Shown here one piece after another: positions 52,404-64,000 of a stretch of DNA of 64,000 bases (within the stretch, counting starts at the first letter, position 1; each line of letters begins with the position of its first letter). Origin of the DNA: an uncultured Clavibacter sp. (lineage in GTDB: Bacteria; Actinomycetota; Actinomycetes; Nanopelagicales; Nanopelagicaceae). Position numbers and translations under genes: made by a program. Below the pieces are notes generated by a model. The model was not told the origin of the DNA. It did not search any database and saw nothing but the letters and a program-made list of their open reading frames with translations. The DNA lies in the NCBI GenBank assembly GCA_964536895.1, contig CAZIAI010000005.1, positions 704 to 64,703 on the forward strand, given 5' to 3'.

Positions 52404-53843
52404 CTAACGATAAGCCGGAGCTACGCCGCCTACTGCATCGCCAATTTGATGGACCCGCATCGCATTTGTTGAGCCTGGAATACCTGGTGGGGATCCCGCC
52501 ACGATGAGAATCTGCTCCCCTTTTGCAGCGCGCTTTGACTCAAGAAGAATTGAATCCACCTGCTTAACCATTTCATCGGTCGTTGTAACAAGAGGAGTGA
52601 GAATGGGCTCCACTCCCCAGGTTAAGGACATTTGATTAAAGGTTGCAGCATCTGGGGTCAAAGCCAGGATAGGGATTGGCGAACGCAGGCGGGACATCCG
52701 GCGGGCCGAATCTCCAGATTTGGTAAATGCTGCCAAGAACTTTGCGCCAACAGTTAGGCCGACTTCAGTTGCTGCTTTAGTTATTGCGCCACCTTTTGTC
52801 TTTGGATTGTGCTGCAGAGATGGAATGAGATGCAAAGCCTCTTGCTCCGTCTTTTCGATTATGCGAGCCATTGTTTGAACCGCTTCGATTGCAAAGGCTC
52901 CAACACTTGTTTCGCCTGACAACATCAAGGCATCAGCACCATCAAGTACTGCATTTGCACAATCTGTTGCCTCAGCTCTTGTTGGACGGGAGTTTGTAAT
53001 CATCGAATCCAACATTTGAGTTGCAACAATTACTGGCTTGGCATTTTCGCGGGCCAACGTGATGCAACGCTTTTGAACAAGTGGAATATCTTCAATTGGC
53101 ATTTCAACACCAAGATCTCCGCGCGCCACCATGATGGCATCAAAGGCTGCAACAATCTCTTCAAGATTATCGACAGCTTGTGGTTTTTCAATTTTCGCTA
53201 CAACCGGTAGTCGAATTCCAACCTCATCCATGATTGCATGTACATCTTCAATGTCTTTTGCTGAGCGCACGAAAGAAAGTGCGATGAAATCCGCGCCAGC
53301 CTTTAATCCCCAACGCAAATCCTCTTTGTCTTTTTCTGACATGGCTGGGACTGAAACTGCAACACCTGGAAGGTTAATTCCCTTGTTGTTTGAGACTGGT
53401 CCAGGTTCGATGACCTTTGTAACTACATCATTTCCCTTTACTTCAATTACCTCAACGGTAACCTTTCCATCATCAATCAAAATGCGATCACCTGGCCGGC
53501 AATCTCCCGGAAGGCCTTTATAGGTGGTTCCGACCCGTTCCTTTGTTCCAGAAATTTCATCGGTGGTAATTGTGAAAATATCGCCACGACTTAACTCGTG
53601 AGGGCCATTTTCAAATCTGGCTAAACGAATCTTCGGTCCCTGTAAATCAACCAGTATGGCCACGGGCTGGCCGGCATCTGCGGCGGCTTTTCTAATCAAA
53701 TTGAGGCGATTTTGATGCTCGTCATATCCCCCATGAGAGAGATTTAGACGGGCCACATTCATGCCGGCCGCAATTAATGCAGCGGCTTTTTCTGGGCTTT
53801 CAACTGCAGGACCCATCGTGCATACAATTTTCGCCCGGCGCAT
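52404..53843 (-). CDS. pyk: pyruvate kinase
   Basis: MRRAKIVCTMGPA, MVARGDLGVE and a C-terminal regulatory domain. 479 aa. Confidence 0.96.
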   Translation of the reverse strand: MRRAKIVCTMGPAVESPEKAAALIAAGMNVARLNLSHGGYDEHQNRLNLIRKAAADAGQPVAILVDLQGPKIRLARFENGPHELSRGDIFTITTDEISGTKERVGTTYKGLPGDCRPGDRILIDDGKVTVEVIEVKGNDVVTKVIEPGPVSNNKGINLPGVAVSVPAMSEKDKEDLRWGLKAGADFIALSFVRSAKDIEDVHAIMDEVGIRLPVVAKIEKPQAVDNLEEIVAAFDAIMVARGDLGVEMPIEDIPLVQKRCITLARENAKPVIVATQMLDSMITNSRPTRAEATDCANAVLDGADALMLSGETSVGAFAIEAVQTMARIIEKTEQEALHLIPSLQHNPKTKGGAITKAATEVGLTVGAKFLAAFTKSGDSARRMSRLRSPIPILALTPDAATFNQMSLTWGVEPILTPLVTTTDEMVKQVDSILLESKRAAKGEQILIVAGSPPGIPGSTNAMRVHQIGDAVGGVAPAYR

Positions 53844-53926
53844 TGTTTTATTTTAATCCTATTCTCTTTATTGATGAAATTGCCTTGAGTGCAAAATCAC
53901 TTTGGTGCTTAAGAAATGACCTTGAA

Positions 53927-55384
53927 CTAAACGGTCAAGGGTCTAGCAGTTGGTTCAATTGGAGCAGGAAGTTGGGTCTGCCCCATCAGTTCTTTATCAA
54001 CCGCGGCAGCGACACTTCGGCCCTCTGCGATGGCCCAAACAATTAGTGACTGTCCTCGTCCGGCATCTCCGCAAACGTAAACGCCTTCAACACTGGTTTG
54101 ATAGCTGTCATCACGGGCAATATTGCCCCGAGCATCAAGTTGCAAATTGAGGTCAGCTACCAATTCATTTTTTTCTACCCCAGTGAAACCCATGGCCAGA
54201 AATACCAGATCAGCTGGAATCTCTCGGGCTGAGCCTTCAACCTTTTCAAATTTTCCATCGACAAACTTAGTTTCGACGATCTTTAGTGCAGTTAGACTTC
54301 CTTTTGTATCGCCGATGAACTCTTCAGTTGAAATTGAATACAGTCTCTCACCTGATTCTTCATGGGCACTGCTGACTCGATAAACCATTGGGTATGTTGG
54401 CCAGGGTTGTGAAGCGGGACGCTCCTCCGTTGGACGTGGCATGATTTCAATCTGAGTAATGCTGGCTGCACCTTGTCTAATCGCAGTTCCTAAACAGTCA
54501 GCTCCAGTATCGCCGCCACCTAAAATAATGACATTCTTGCCCTTGGCATCAATTGGCGGGTTTTCCTCTAGTTCACCCAAGGCTTGCTTGTTGCCCCAAG
54601 GCAGATACTCCATTGCTTGGTAAACCCCTTTGTAGGAACGACCTGGAATATCAAGATCACGCCACTGTGTCGCTCCAACCGCCAATACAACTGCGTCGTA
54701 CTTGCTACGCAATTGCGCTGCGGTGATATCAACACCGACATTTACACCTGCTCTAAATCTTGTGCCTTCTCTTTGCATCTGGGTTAGGCGGCGCTCCAAA
54801 ACCGATTTCTCCATTTTGAATTCAGGAATTCCGTAACGAAGTAATCCACCTATTTTTGGTGCCCGTTCATACACCACAACTGTGTGGCCAGCGCGGGTTA
54901 ACTGTTGTGCAGCTGCTAAACCAGCAGGACCAGAGCCAATTACCGCAACAGTTTTTCCTGTCATGCGATCTGGCTGCAGGGGTCTCACATTGCCGGCCTG
55001 GAAAGCCTCCTCGATGGTTCGAAGCTCAACCTGCTTTATGGTGACAGGATCTTGATTAATTCCTAGAACGCAAGCTGTTTCACAAGGCGCAGGACAAAGT
55101 CTTCCGGTGAACTCGGGAAAATTGTTTGTGGCATGAAGACGATCAATCGCATCACTTTTTTCATTGCGCCAAATCAAGTCATTCCACTCTGGAATCAAAT
55201 TACCCAGTGGACAGCCTTGATGACAGAAAGGGATTCCGCAATCCATACAACGTCCTGCTTGTTTTTGAAGAGAAGAAAACTCCTGCTCCTCGTAAACCTC
55301 TTTCCAATCTCTAATGCGAACATCTACGGGGCGGCGCTTAGGGGTTTCCCGTCCCGTGTTTAGAAAACCTTTGGGATCAGCCAT
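53927..55384 (-). CDS. gltD: glutamate synthase small (NADPH) subunit
   Basis: MADPKGFL..., CMDCGIPFC, and [10 protein letters not shown] dinucleotide fold. ATG 55384 has GGAGGTG 4 nt upstream and overlaps the gltB stop. The track extension to 55441 is rejected. Confidence 0.95.
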   Translation of the reverse strand: MADPKGFLNTGRETPKRRPVDVRIRDWKEVYEEQEFSSLQKQAGRCMDCGIPFCHQGCPLGNLIPEWNDLIWRNEKSDAIDRLHATNNFPEFTGRLCPAPCETACVLGINQDPVTIKQVELRTIEEAFQAGNVRPLQPDRMTGKTVAVIGSGPAGLAAAQQLTRAGHTVVVYERAPKIGGLLRYGIPEFKMEKSVLERRLTQMQREGTRFRAGVNVGVDITAAQLRSKYDAVVLAVGATQWRDLDIPGRSYKGVYQAMEYLPWGNKQALGELEENPPIDAKGKNVIILGGGDTGADCLGTAIRQGAASITQIEIMPRPTEERPASQPWPTYPMVYRVSSAHEESGERLYSISTEEFIGDTKGSLTALKIVETKFVDGKFEKVEGSAREIPADLVFLAMGFTGVEKNELVADLNLQLDARGNIARDDSYQTSVEGVYVCGDAGRGQSLIVWAIAEGRSVAAAVDKELMGQTQLPAPIEPTARPLTV

Positions 55385-58300
55385 TGAGCACCTCCATAAT
55401 TGCTTGATCTGCCGAGCGACCTTCTCGCTGAGCACGATCAATTACCGCTAGAACCTTTGCGTAATCACGTGGCATAACTAATGAGAACCTGCTTAAGCCT
55501 TCTTTCCAGTTTTGCAAAAGATTGCTGGCAACAGCAGAGCCAGTTTCAGCATGGAACTTGGAGAGGATTGACTTTAAGTTCTCGGATTGATCACTTGAAA
55601 CCGGCAAGACATCAACCATTTCGGAATTAACCATCGCAGGATCAAGGTCTAGAACAAATGCTCTACCCCCTGACATTCCTGCTGCCAAGTTTCGCCCGGT
55701 TTTTCCAAGAATAACTACCGTTCCACCCGTCATGTATTCGCAGGCATGATCTCCAACGCCCTCAACCACAGCGGTGGCCCCTGAATTTCTGACACAGAAA
55801 CGCTCGCCCACCATTCCGCGAACAAAAATTTCGCCAGTAGTTGCGCCATACCCAATTACATTTCCGGCAATTACATTTTGTTCAGATGGGAAGGTTGCCT
55901 TTTCATCAGGTCGAACTATCAATCGGCCGCCAGATAGACCTTTGCCAAGATAGTCATTGGTGTCTCCGTACAAGCGAAGGGTTAAACCTCTTGGAATGAA
56001 GGCGCCTAGTGATTGACCTGCTGAGCCATGGAAGGTGATGTCTATGGTGTCATCAGGTAATCCAGCTCCACCAAATCTTCTGGTGATTTCAGAACCCAGC
56101 ATCGTGCCTACTGTGCGATTTCGATTTCGAATATCCAGCTGAATCTTTACCGCTTCCTTCTTATCTAGGGCGGTCTTAGCGAGCTCAATCAACTCGTTAT
56201 CTAGCGCAGCAGCTAACCCATGATCTTGTGACTTGGTGTTTCTACGAGGCGAATCGGAGGCCACATCAGGAACTGCCAAAATAGGTGAAAGATCTAGTCC
56301 GCTCGCCTTCCAATGATCTAGCGCCGCTTGCGTATCTAGAAGTTCTACCTGCCCAATCGCCTCTTCAAGGCTCTTGAATCCAAGTTGAGCCAGCAACTCA
56401 CGAACCTCTTGTGCAATGTACTCAAAGAATGTTTCAACAAACTCTGGCTTTCCGGTAAATCGTTGACGCAGTTCAGGGTTTTGGGTTGCAACACCAACTG
56501 GACAGGTATCAAGATGGCAAACCCGCATCATCACACAACCAGAAACAACCAACGGTGCAGTTGCAAAACCAAACTCTTCAGCGCCAAGCAAAGCTGCGAT
56601 GATTACATCTCGACCGGTCTTCATTTGGCCATCTGTCTGCACAACAATACGATCTCGAAGTCCATTCAACATCAAGGTTTGTTGTGTTTCAGCTAGTCCT
56701 AATTCCCAAGGCGCACCAGCGTGCTTCAAGGAAGTTAACGGTGAGGCGCCAGTTCCACCGTCGTGACCGGAAATCAACACCACATCTGCGTGCGCTTTGC
56801 TTACGCCGGCGGCAACTGTTCCAACACCCACTTCTGCCACCAATTTCACATGAACACGTGCATCTTTGTTGGAGTTCTTTAAATCGTGAATCAATTGAGC
56901 CAAGTCCTCAATCGAGTAAATGTCGTGATGAGGCGGCGGGGAGATTAGTCCCACGCCAGGAGTTGAATAACGAACCTTGGCAATCCATGGGTAAACCTTG
57001 TTGCCAGGAAGTTGGCCGCCTTCACCTGGTTTTGCACCTTGTGCCATTTTGATTTGAATATCATCGGCGTTGACCAAGTATTCACTTGTCACACCAAAGC
57101 GACCAGAGGCAACTTGTTTGATTGCAGAACGCTTTGAATCACCATTAGCTTCTGGCTTGAAGCGCGAAGGATCTTCTCCGCCTTCGCCGGTGTTGGATTT
57201 GGCACCAATTCGATTCATGGCAATAGCCAAAGTCTCGTGTGCTTCCTGCGAGATGGATCCGTATGACATCGCGCCTGTTGAGAAACGCTTAACGATTGAG
57301 GAAACTGGCTCAACTTCTTCCAGCGAAATGGGGGTTCTTACCCCTTCCTTAAATGTGAATAGACCACGCAAAGTCATCAATGACTTGGATTGATTATCGA
57401 CCTTTGTGGTGTAGCGCTTAAAGATGTCATATCTCTTGGACCTTGTCGCATGCTGCAGAGCAAAAACAGTCTCTGGATCAAATAGGTGTGGTTCACCATC
57501 GCGACGCCACTGATACTCACCGCCGATGGGCAACCTTTTGGAACCGGGCACTTCCCCACCGGGTGGATATGCAATGTGGTGACGGGCGATAGTTTCTTCG
57601 GCAATTACGGACAGGTTTACGCCGCCAAGACGGGAAGTTGTTCCGACAAAATACTCATCAACTAACTCTTGAGAAAGACCAATTGCTTCAAAAACTTGAG
57701 CTCCTGTGTATGAGGCAATTGTTGAGATTCCCATCTTTGACATCACTTTGAGGACGCCTTTACCAAGGGATTTGATTAAGTTTTTGACCGCTTTTTCTGG
57801 AGTGATTCCTGTGATTACACCTTGCAGAACTAAATCTTCTGCAGTTTCCATAGCCAGATATGGGTTCACTGCAGCAGCACCGAAGCCAATTAGAAGTGCG
57901 ACATGATGAACCTCCCGCACCTCACCGGTTTCGACTACCAAACCAACTTTGGTGCGTGTCTTTTCCCGTATCAAATGATGATGAACAGCTGATGTCAGCA
58001 GTAGGGATGGAATTGGAGCGTTCTCCGCATCTCCATCACGGTCTGAAAGCACAATAATTCTGGCGCCATCTTCGATGGCTTTTGAAACCTCAACTCTTAT
58101 CTCTTCAATTCTTTCCTTTAGGCCCTCGCCACCTTCTGCGATAGGAAACAATCCCCGCACTACATGAGCAGACAGACCTGGATGATTGTTGTCGGCATTT
58201 ACATGAATGATTTTTGCGAGTTCATCATTATCAATTACTGGAAAAGCGAGAGAAATTTGGCGACATGAAGCCGGTCCAGGATCTAGCAAATTGTGCTCTG

Positions 58301-59897
58301 GCCCGATTGATCCGCCCAATGAGGTAACAAGTTCTTCACGAATCGCATCTAGTGGCGGGTTAGTTACCTGCGCAAACAACTGAGAGAAATAATCAAAAAG
58401 CAATCTTGGTTTGGTGGAGAGTGCAGCAATCGGGGTATCTGTTCCCATAGAGCCAATTGGCTCCGCTCCACTCTTTGCCATCGGAGTAATGATTACTCGC
58501 AGCTCCTCTTCGGTGTAGCCAAATGCTCTCTGGCGACGCAAAACCGATGAATGCGGATAGATAATGTGTTCGCGCGCTGGCAGTTCAGACAATCGAACTA
58601 TTCCGGCATGCAGCCATTCTCCATACGGCGCATTAGAAGCCAGTGAATTCTTAATTTCTTCATCTTCAATAATTCTTCCAGCCGCAATATCAACCAAGAA
58701 CATTCTGCCTGGTTGCAATCTTCCTTTTCGCACGACTTTTTCTTGGGGTACATCCAAGACACCAACTTCGCTAGCCAGAATAACCATTCCATCTTCTGTG
58801 ACCCAGAATCTTGACGGACGCAATCCATTTCGATCCAGTACCGCGCCAATTTGATTTCCATCTGTGAATGTCACACATGCTGGTCCATCCCATGGCTCCA
58901 TTAGTGATGCATGGAAGCGATAAAAATCCTTCAACTTCGGTGGCATGCTTTCGTGATTCTCCCAAGCTTCAGGAATCATCATCAAAATTGAGTGCGGCAA
59001 TGTTCGCCCGCCGAGATACAGCAGCTCTAATACCTCATCAAAAGATGCGGAGTCGCTGCCTGCAGGATCAACAATCGGAAAGAGACGCTTTAAATCCCCT
59101 GGTATTAAATCGCTCTCAAGTAAAGCCTCTCTTGCCGCCATCCAATTTCGATTGCCGCGAACGGTATTAATTTCACCATTGTGTGCGATGAAGCGATATG
59201 GGTGCGCCAACGGCCATGAAGGAAAGGTATTCGTGGAAAATCTTGAGTGCACCAACGCGAGTGGCGAAGCAAATCGCGGGTCTGAAAGATCAGGGAAAAA
59301 CTCTTCTAGTTGACCGGTTGTCAACATTCCTTTGTAAACAATAGTTCTGCTCGATAGAGATGGAAAATAGACTGAAAGTTCATGCTCGACTCTCTTGCGG
59401 AAGCAAAAAGCTCTGCGATCGAGATCTAAATCAAATGCTTGGTCACTTGAGGAAACAAAAATTTGCTCAAAGTGTGGCATCACCGACAAAGCGGTAGCGC
59501 CGAGCGAGGTAGAGTTGATTGGCAGATCGCGCCAACCAAGAATTATTAAGTTTTCCTCTTTTGCAATTTGTTCGATGCGCGCCTTGCCAGCAAAGTTCTT
59601 TGTGAGAAAGACATTTCCTGCCGCGTAATATCCCGCTTGTGGTAAATCAAATGGCAAAACGGCGCGAAAGAATTCATCTGGAATTCTCACCAAGATTCCG
59701 GCGCCATCTCCGCTATTAACCTCAGCCCCTGAGGCGCCGCGGTGTTCTAGGTTTCTAAGAGCGATTAATCCTTGTTGGACAATTTCATGAGTGGCTTTTT
59801 TATTAAGTGTTGCAACCATCGCAACGCCGCACGCATCGTGTTCATTGGCTGGGTTGTAAAGACCCTGAGCCTTGGGAATAGCTGAGAATGCCGCCAC
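55377..59897 (-). CDS. gltB: glutamate synthase large subunit
   Basis: 1506 aa with an Ntn amidotransferase N-terminus ([10 protein letters not shown]), FMN/Fe-S central domain and C-terminal GXGXG domain. GTG start. Confidence 0.97.
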   Translation of the reverse strand: MAAFSAIPKAQGLYNPANEHDACGVAMVATLNKKATHEIVQQGLIALRNLEHRGASGAEVNSGDGAGILVRIPDEFFRAVLPFDLPQAGYYAAGNVFLTKNFAGKARIEQIAKEENLIILGWRDLPINSTSLGATALSVMPHFEQIFVSSSDQAFDLDLDRRAFCFRKRVEHELSVYFPSLSSRTIVYKGMLTTGQLEEFFPDLSDPRFASPLALVHSRFSTNTFPSWPLAHPYRFIAHNGEINTVRGNRNWMAAREALLESDLIPGDLKRLFPIVDPAGSDSASFDEVLELLYLGGRTLPHSILMMIPEAWENHESMPPKLKDFYRFHASLMEPWDGPACVTFTDGNQIGAVLDRNGLRPSRFWVTEDGMVILASEVGVLDVPQEKVVRKGRLQPGRMFLVDIAAGRIIEDEEIKNSLASNAPYGEWLHAGIVRLSELPAREHIIYPHSSVLRRQRAFGYTEEELRVIITPMAKSGAEPIGSMGTDTPIAALSTKPRLLFDYFSQLFAQVTNPPLDAIREELVTSLGGSIGPEHNLLDPGPASCRQISLAFPVIDNDELAKIIHVNADNNHPGLSAHVVRGLFPIAEGGEGLKERIEEIRVEVSKAIEDGARIIVLSDRDGDAENAPIPSLLLTSAVHHHLIREKTRTKVGLVVETGEVREVHHVALLIGFGAAAVNPYLAMETAEDLVLQGVITGITPEKAVKNLIKSLGKGVLKVMSKMGISTIASYTGAQVFEAIGLSQELVDEYFVGTTSRLGGVNLSVIAEETIARHHIAYPPGGEVPGSKRLPIGGEYQWRRDGEPHLFDPETVFALQHATRSKRYDIFKRYTTKVDNQSKSLMTLRGLFTFKEGVRTPISLEEVEPVSSIVKRFSTGAMSYGSISQEAHETLAIAMNRIGAKSNTGEGGEDPSRFKPEANGDSKRSAIKQVASGRFGVTSEYLVNADDIQIKMAQGAKPGEGGQLPGNKVYPWIAKVRYSTPGVGLISPPPHHDIYSIEDLAQLIHDLKNSNKDARVHVKLVAEVGVGTVAAGVSKAHADVVLISGHDGGTGASPLTSLKHAGAPWELGLAETQQTLMLNGLRDRIVVQTDGQMKTGRDVIIAALLGAEEFGFATAPLVVSGCVMMRVCHLDTCPVGVATQNPELRQRFTGKPEFVETFFEYIAQEVRELLAQLGFKSLEEAIGQVELLDTQAALDHWKASGLDLSPILAVPDVASDSPRRNTKSQDHGLAAALDNELIELAKTALDKKEAVKIQLDIRNRNRTVGTMLGSEITRRFGGAGLPDDTIDITFHGSAGQSLGAFIPRGLTLRLYGDTNDYLGKGLSGGRLIVRPDEKATFPSEQNVIAGNVIGYGATTGEIFVRGMVGERFCVRNSGATAVVEGVGDHACEYMTGGTVVILGKTGRNLAAGMSGGRAFVLDLDPAMVNSEMVDVLPVSSDQSENLKSILSKFHAETGSAVASNLLQNWKEGLSRFSLVMPRDYAKVLAVIDRAQREGRSADQAIMEVLNG

Positions 59898-60010
59898 GAT
59901 ACGCCCCTGTTTTAGAGTTGAACTTCTGGTGATTTATTTGGGACGGCAATGGCCCTAATCAAGAGGCGCAAATCTATCAAGGAATGGTTGTTTTGGAGAA
60001 GTAAGCCGAG

Positions 60011-60718
60011 CTAAATGCCGGATATGTGCGCGGCTTGTCCCACGATCGCGGTAATCGCCATGCCCAAGATGCCACCGAAGAGAATCCGTGAGGTGGTGCG
60101 CCAGATGCTGGAACCAGCGGTCTTAGCGCTAATTACCCCAGCAATTACTAGACCCAAGAGAGTGACGAGAACTATCGAGACCGCTTTTCCTCCGAGGCTT
60201 GGAGATAGCGCGCCCAAAAGAGGTATTAATCCCCCTGCGGTGAAACTTAATGCGGAAGCAAAAGCTGCCTGCAAAGGTCTTGCCTTTGTGGCCTCATACT
60301 GCCCCAACTCATCACGCAGGTGAGCACCTAAGGCATCATGCTCATGGAGTTCTTTAGCAACTTGTTGTGCAGTTGGGCGCGAGAGTCCACGTGCTTGGTA
60401 AATCTGCGTGAGCTCTTCAAGTTCGCCCTCAGGATCAACTGCAAGGTGTTCGATTTCTAACTTGCGATCAGATTCTTCGATGTCATTTTGTGATCTGACT
60501 GAAACATACTCGCCAACCGCCATCGACATTGCGCCGGCAGCAATTCCGGCCAATCCAACTGTGACAACAAAATCATTTTTCTGCGCAGAGACAACTCCAA
60601 TCATTAACGAGGCCGTAGAAACTAGACCGTCGTTTACTCCGAGCACCGCCGCTCTTAACCAGCCTGCTCTATGGGTTCGATGATCCTCGTTACGTAGATG
60701 AATTTCTGCCATTCCCAT
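60011..60718 (-). CDS. VIT1/CCC1-family iron/manganese transporter
   Basis: LRAAVLGVNDGLVSTASLMIGV, MAVGEYVSVRSQ and C-terminal TM helices. Confidence 0.85.
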   Translation of the reverse strand: MGMAEIHLRNEDHRTHRAGWLRAAVLGVNDGLVSTASLMIGVVSAQKNDFVVTVGLAGIAAGAMSMAVGEYVSVRSQNDIEESDRKLEIEHLAVDPEGELEELTQIYQARGLSRPTAQQVAKELHEHDALGAHLRDELGQYEATKARPLQAAFASALSFTAGGLIPLLGALSPSLGGKAVSIVLVTLLGLVIAGVISAKTAGSSIWRTTSRILFGGILGMAITAIVGQAAHISGI

Positions 60719-60720
60719 AT

Positions 60721-61548
60721 TTATACCTTAGCGGAGTTAAATCTCTTAAGGAAAATCAAAGCAAGTACCCCGAGGATTATGCTGGTAAATACATTCAATC
60801 TCAGGCCGAGAATCAAATTTGCCTCATCGATTCTGATTAGTTCTATGAATCCTCTTCCTAGGCTGTAGAGCCCAACATAAAGGGCGAAAACTGAGCCCGG
60901 CTGCAAACGTTTAACTCTCGAATTAATCATGAGAAAAGCCGCAACTGCGAGGCACCAAATTGATTCATAGAGAAACACGGGATGAAAGCTCTCAAAACTT
61001 GAGTAACCAATAGGTCTATAACGCAGCGGTATCTCTAATGCCCATGGCGCATCAAGTGGTCTGCCAAAAAGTTCTTTGTTGAACCAATTACCCCAACGTC
61101 CGATAGCTTGAGCAATCAAAAGTGCCGGAGCAAGCGCATCGGCAAACACGGCAAAGTTGACGTTGAGCTGACCTGTTTGACTTGACCTAACCTTTGGATG
61201 TCTGCGATACGCCAAATATGCGCCAACAAAGCCCAGTCCAATCGCACCCCAGATACCAAGTCCACCTTGCCAGATATAAAAGGCAGAAATGGGATCTCCG
61301 CCTACGCCAAAGTAATCCTGAGGCGAGGTAATCACATGATAGAGACGACCACCGATAATTCCTGCAGGAACGGCAACTACGGCTACATCACTTACTACTC
61401 CTGGTTGTCCGCCGGCTGCAACATATCTTTTGTTGCCAGCATAAACCGCGGCTACAACCCCCAAAATGATGCAGAGTGCGTAGTAATGAAAGGTAAGCGG
61501 ACCAATCTCCAGTGTTGAATCAATTGGAGATGGAATTGCAGCAAACAT
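60721..61548 (-). CDS. lgt: prolipoprotein diacylglyceryl transferase
   Basis: 275 aa, polytopic, with YALCIILGVV, GGRLYHV and GRWGNWFNKELFG motifs. It is downstream of trpA, as in other actinobacteria. Confidence 0.93.
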   Translation of the reverse strand: MFAAIPSPIDSTLEIGPLTFHYYALCIILGVVAAVYAGNKRYVAAGGQPGVVSDVAVVAVPAGIIGGRLYHVITSPQDYFGVGGDPISAFYIWQGGLGIWGAIGLGFVGAYLAYRRHPKVRSSQTGQLNVNFAVFADALAPALLIAQAIGRWGNWFNKELFGRPLDAPWALEIPLRYRPIGYSSFESFHPVFLYESIWCLAVAAFLMINSRVKRLQPGSVFALYVGLYSLGRGFIELIRIDEANLILGLRLNVFTSIILGVLALIFLKRFNSAKV

Positions 61549-62294
61549 TATTGCTTGGCTGCTTCTACCGCCGCCTTGAACTCATCAAGTTTGAACTCTG
61601 AGCTTGTGCGATTCCATTGCTTTCCATTTATGAAAACAGTTGGAGTTCCCTCGACGCCGTTTTTCTTCATGGACTGACCGACTTTGGAAACCGTGTCCGC
61701 ATACTTTTGATCGTTTACACAACTTTCAAAATCCGGGCTAGTAATTCCAAGACGTTTACCAATTTCCACTAAATTCTTATTTGAGAAAATGCCACTATTT
61801 TCGGAGGCTTGTACCTCGTAGAGCGCTCGGTGATACTCAATAAACCGACCTTGATCTACCGCGCAGTTAACCGCGTTCGCCGCACGCACTGACTCTTGAC
61901 CTAAGAAGGAAGCCATGTGATACACAACTTTTGCTTGATTTTCTCTAACTAAAGTTTCTAGATATCCGCCCATAGCGGTCTCAAAGAACTTGCAAAATGG
62001 GCATTGAAAATCTTCCCAGATGTCGATTCGGAATGTGTTTTCATCATTGAATGAAATGCCGTAATCATTCTCAGGAAGAATCTTGCCTACTAGTGGAGCG
62101 CCATTTTTTGAGGAATCAATGCTTTCGATTGTGGTTGGGAGAGCAACCTCTGATGAACTGCGCTTGTCGATTACGGTAAAGATCAGGCCTGACAAAACAA
62201 CCAACGCAACCATTCCAATTACGATGTTTCTAGTTACGGTATCGCCTGCGTTCTTGTCTTTTCGAACGTTACGGGGACGTGGTTGCTTTGGCAC
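61548..62294 (-). CDS. membrane-anchored DsbA-family thiol:disulfide oxidoreductase
   Basis: N-terminal TM anchor, thioredoxin fold with a CPFC active site, GTPTVFING. Confidence 0.85.
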   Translation of the reverse strand: MPKQPRPRNVRKDKNAGDTVTRNIVIGMVALVVLSGLIFTVIDKRSSSEVALPTTIESIDSSKNGAPLVGKILPENDYGISFNDENTFRIDIWEDFQCPFCKFFETAMGGYLETLVRENQAKVVYHMASFLGQESVRAANAVNCAVDQGRFIEYHRALYEVQASENSGIFSNKNLVEIGKRLGITSPDFESCVNDQKYADTVSKVGQSMKKNGVEGTPTVFINGKQWNRTSSEFKLDEFKAAVEAAKQ

Positions 62295-62360
62295 AGCTGC
62301 TCCTCATTTCTCTGGTTGGCTACTTGCATCAGTGGTTTGAAACTCTCAAACTACCTGAGG

Positions 62361-63152
62361 TTATTTTCTTCGAACCCCTTGGGCCAACTCTGACGCGAGA
62401 ACTTTAACCCGTTCTATGGCCTCTTTCTCGTCCGGGGCCTCCAACACCAGCTTTATAAAGGCTGAGCCCACAATGACTCCATCGGCGTAGCTCGCTACCT
62501 GTGCCGCCTGCTCGCGATTGGAAACCCCCAGGCCCACCGCCACTGGAAGTTTTGTGAACCGCCTAACCCGTGAAACCAATGTCTGGGCATCCGAGGAAAC
62601 TGCGGTGCGGGCCCCAGTCACCCCCATCAAACTCGCGGCATAAACAAATCCAGAGCATGAATCAACAACTCGCTCTAACCTCTCATCGCTAGTACTCGGT
62701 GCCACAACATAAACCCGTGAAACTCCAAACGCGTTAGTGGATGAGATCCAATCTTGAGACTCTTCAATCGTGAGATCCGGTGTGATTACTCCGACCCCTC
62801 CAGAATGGGAAAGTTTCTCGGGAAAAAGTTTCACTCCAAAACGCTCAATCGGATTCCAATAAGTCATTACTAATGCCGGAACGGAAACACTTGAGACAAC
62901 ATCTAAAACATCTGCCGCACTAGTTTTATTTTGCAGAGCAATCTCTGCGGCTTGTTGGATTACCGCGCCATCCATTACCGGATCGCTATAGGGAAAACCC
63001 ACCTCAACAATGTCGACGCCACCATCAACCATCGCCTGGATTATCTTCTTTGAACCATCTTTGCTTGGAAATCCTGCTGGCATATAGCCAATCAGAGCAG
63101 CACGATTCTCTTGCTTTGCCCGATCAAAAACCTCTTGCAATGAATGACTCAA
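62361..63152 (-). CDS. trpA: tryptophan synthase alpha chain
   Basis: 263 aa with [15 protein letters not shown] and [13 protein letters not shown] motifs. It overlaps the trpB stop (ATGA). Confidence 0.95.
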   Translation of the reverse strand: MSHSLQEVFDRAKQENRAALIGYMPAGFPSKDGSKKIIQAMVDGGVDIVEVGFPYSDPVMDGAVIQQAAEIALQNKTSAADVLDVVSSVSVPALVMTYWNPIERFGVKLFPEKLSHSGGVGVITPDLTIEESQDWISSTNAFGVSRVYVVAPSTSDERLERVVDSCSGFVYAASLMGVTGARTAVSSDAQTLVSRVRRFTKLPVAVGLGVSNREQAAQVASYADGVIVGSAFIKLVLEAPDEKEAIERVKVLASELAQGVRRK

Positions 63153-64000
63153 AGTGGGATTCCAAAATACTGTGCTGCGGTTTGCACATCCTTATCGCCG
63201 CGTCCCGATAGATTGATCAAAAGCACCGCATTTTCTCCCAATTCATTTCCTACCTGCAATGCGCCCGCTAAAGCGTGAGCGGTTTCAATTGCCGGAATAA
63301 TTCCTTCGGTTTGGGATAGCAATGCAAAGGCGTGCATCGCTTGATCATCAGTGATCGCCCGATACTCCGCGCGGCCGATGTCATGCAAGAAGGCGTGTTC
63401 TGGTCCGACGCCTGGATAATCTAAACCAGCCGAAATTGAATGTGATTCGACGGTTTGGCCGTTTTCATCTTGTAACACATACGAGCGCGTGCCATGAAGA
63501 ACTCCTGGTGTACCGCCAACAATTGTTGCGGCATGTTTGCCAGTTTCAACACCAGAACCGCCCGCTTCCAATCCAATTAGCCGTACCTCTTTATCTTCAA
63601 TAAAGGGGTGGAATATTCCGATGGCATTTGATCCACCACCAACACATGCCAATACCGCATCAGGCAAACGTCCAAACAATTCCAAAACCTGTTGTCTAGC
63701 CTCAACCCCAATAATGCGGTGAAAATCGCGGACCATGGTTGGGAAAGGATGCGGCCCCGCGACGGTACCAAGAAGATAATGAGTTGATTCAACATTTGTT
63801 ACCCAATCCCGCATGGCCTCGTTGATTGCATCTTTCAAAGTTCGTGACCCGGTCGTTACCGGCACAACTGTTGCTCCGAGTAGTTTCATGCGAGCCACAT
63901 TTAAAGCTTGGCGCTTTGTGTCTTCCTCCCCCATGTAAACGACACATTCCAAGCCCAAGAGTGCGGCCGCTGTTGCAGATGCAACACCATGCTGTCCAGC
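63149..64000 (-). CDS. trpB: tryptophan synthase beta chain, C-terminal part (gene runs off the right edge)
   Basis: [12 protein letters not shown] and [11 protein letters not shown] motifs. The reading frame stays open upstream of the track Met (…[24 protein letters not shown]), so the gene is truncated by the window. Confidence 0.95.
   Translation of the reverse strand, partial: AGQHGVASATAAALLGLECVVYMGEEDTKRQALNVARMKLLGATVVPVTTGSRTLKDAINEAMRDWVTNVESTHYLLGTVAGPHPFPTMVRDFHRIIGVEARQQVLELFGRLPDAVLACVGGGSNAIGIFHPFIEDKEVRLIGLEAGGSGVETGKHAATIVGGTPGVLHGTRSYVLQDENGQTVESHSISAGLDYPGVGPEHAFLHDIGRAEYRAITDDQAMHAFALLSQTEGIIPAIETAHALAGALQVGNELGENAVLLINLSGRGDKDVQTAAQYFGIPL

Noticed and set aside
59898-60010. 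A GlnR box (gTnAc-n6-GaAAc type) upstream of gltB, for example around GTTCAACTCTAAAAC.
   Set aside because: The half-sites do not match at the conserved positions in either orientation, so I cannot support a site by eye.

Overview
This is a dense, almost purely housekeeping chromosomal segment. It appears to come from a genome-streamlined, comparatively AT-rich member of the Actinomycetota. That placement is an inference from RbpA, DUF3099, whiA-yvcK-rapZ-uvrC, a SufR-controlled suf operon with an embedded Rieske gene, PdtaR, and a Streptomyces/Mycobacterium-like backbone order. I call 57 protein genes (50 on the minus strand) and one tRNA. In coordinate order they are: tyrS (partial), argH-argR-argD-argB-argJ-argC, pheT-pheS, a TrmH-family methyltransferase, rplT-rpmI-infC, DUF3099, SURF1, an ABC exporter, sufT-sufU-sufS-sufC-Rieske-sufD-sufB-sufR, ctaA-tkt-tal-pgi, rbpA, secG-tpiA-pgk-gap, whiA-yvcK-rapZ, uvrC-uvrA-uvrB, coaE, rpsA, polA, a PaaI-type thioesterase, livF-G-M-H-K, pdtaR, the tRNA, pyk, gltD-gltB, a VIT-family transporter, lgt, a DsbA-like protein, trpA and trpB (partial). 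I saw no rRNA, CRISPR, transposase, integrase, phage, toxin-antitoxin or defence-island signature, and no convincing novel multi-gene system. The unexplained signals are small and mostly non-coding. (1) A perfectly folding 73-nt tRNA has the leucine anticodon CAA but only a 5-nt variable loop. (2) The 3' end of that tRNA sits one nucleotide from the pdtaR start codon. (3) Five exactly phased 11-bp direct repeats (CCTTnAATnAA) fill the secG-rbpA spacer. (4) A roughly 280-nt hairpin-rich leader precedes infC, with a terminator-like hairpin and a 39-codon uORF whose stop overlaps the infC start region. (5) Recognisable ARG-box and SufR-type operators are present. (6) Synteny is unusually compact: uvrB-uvrA-uvrC are contiguous, tal-pgi are coupled with no zwf/opcA/pgl, and the arg cluster lacks argF/argG. 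Product calls rest on motifs I recognise by eye and on remembered family signatures; no database search or folding program was run.
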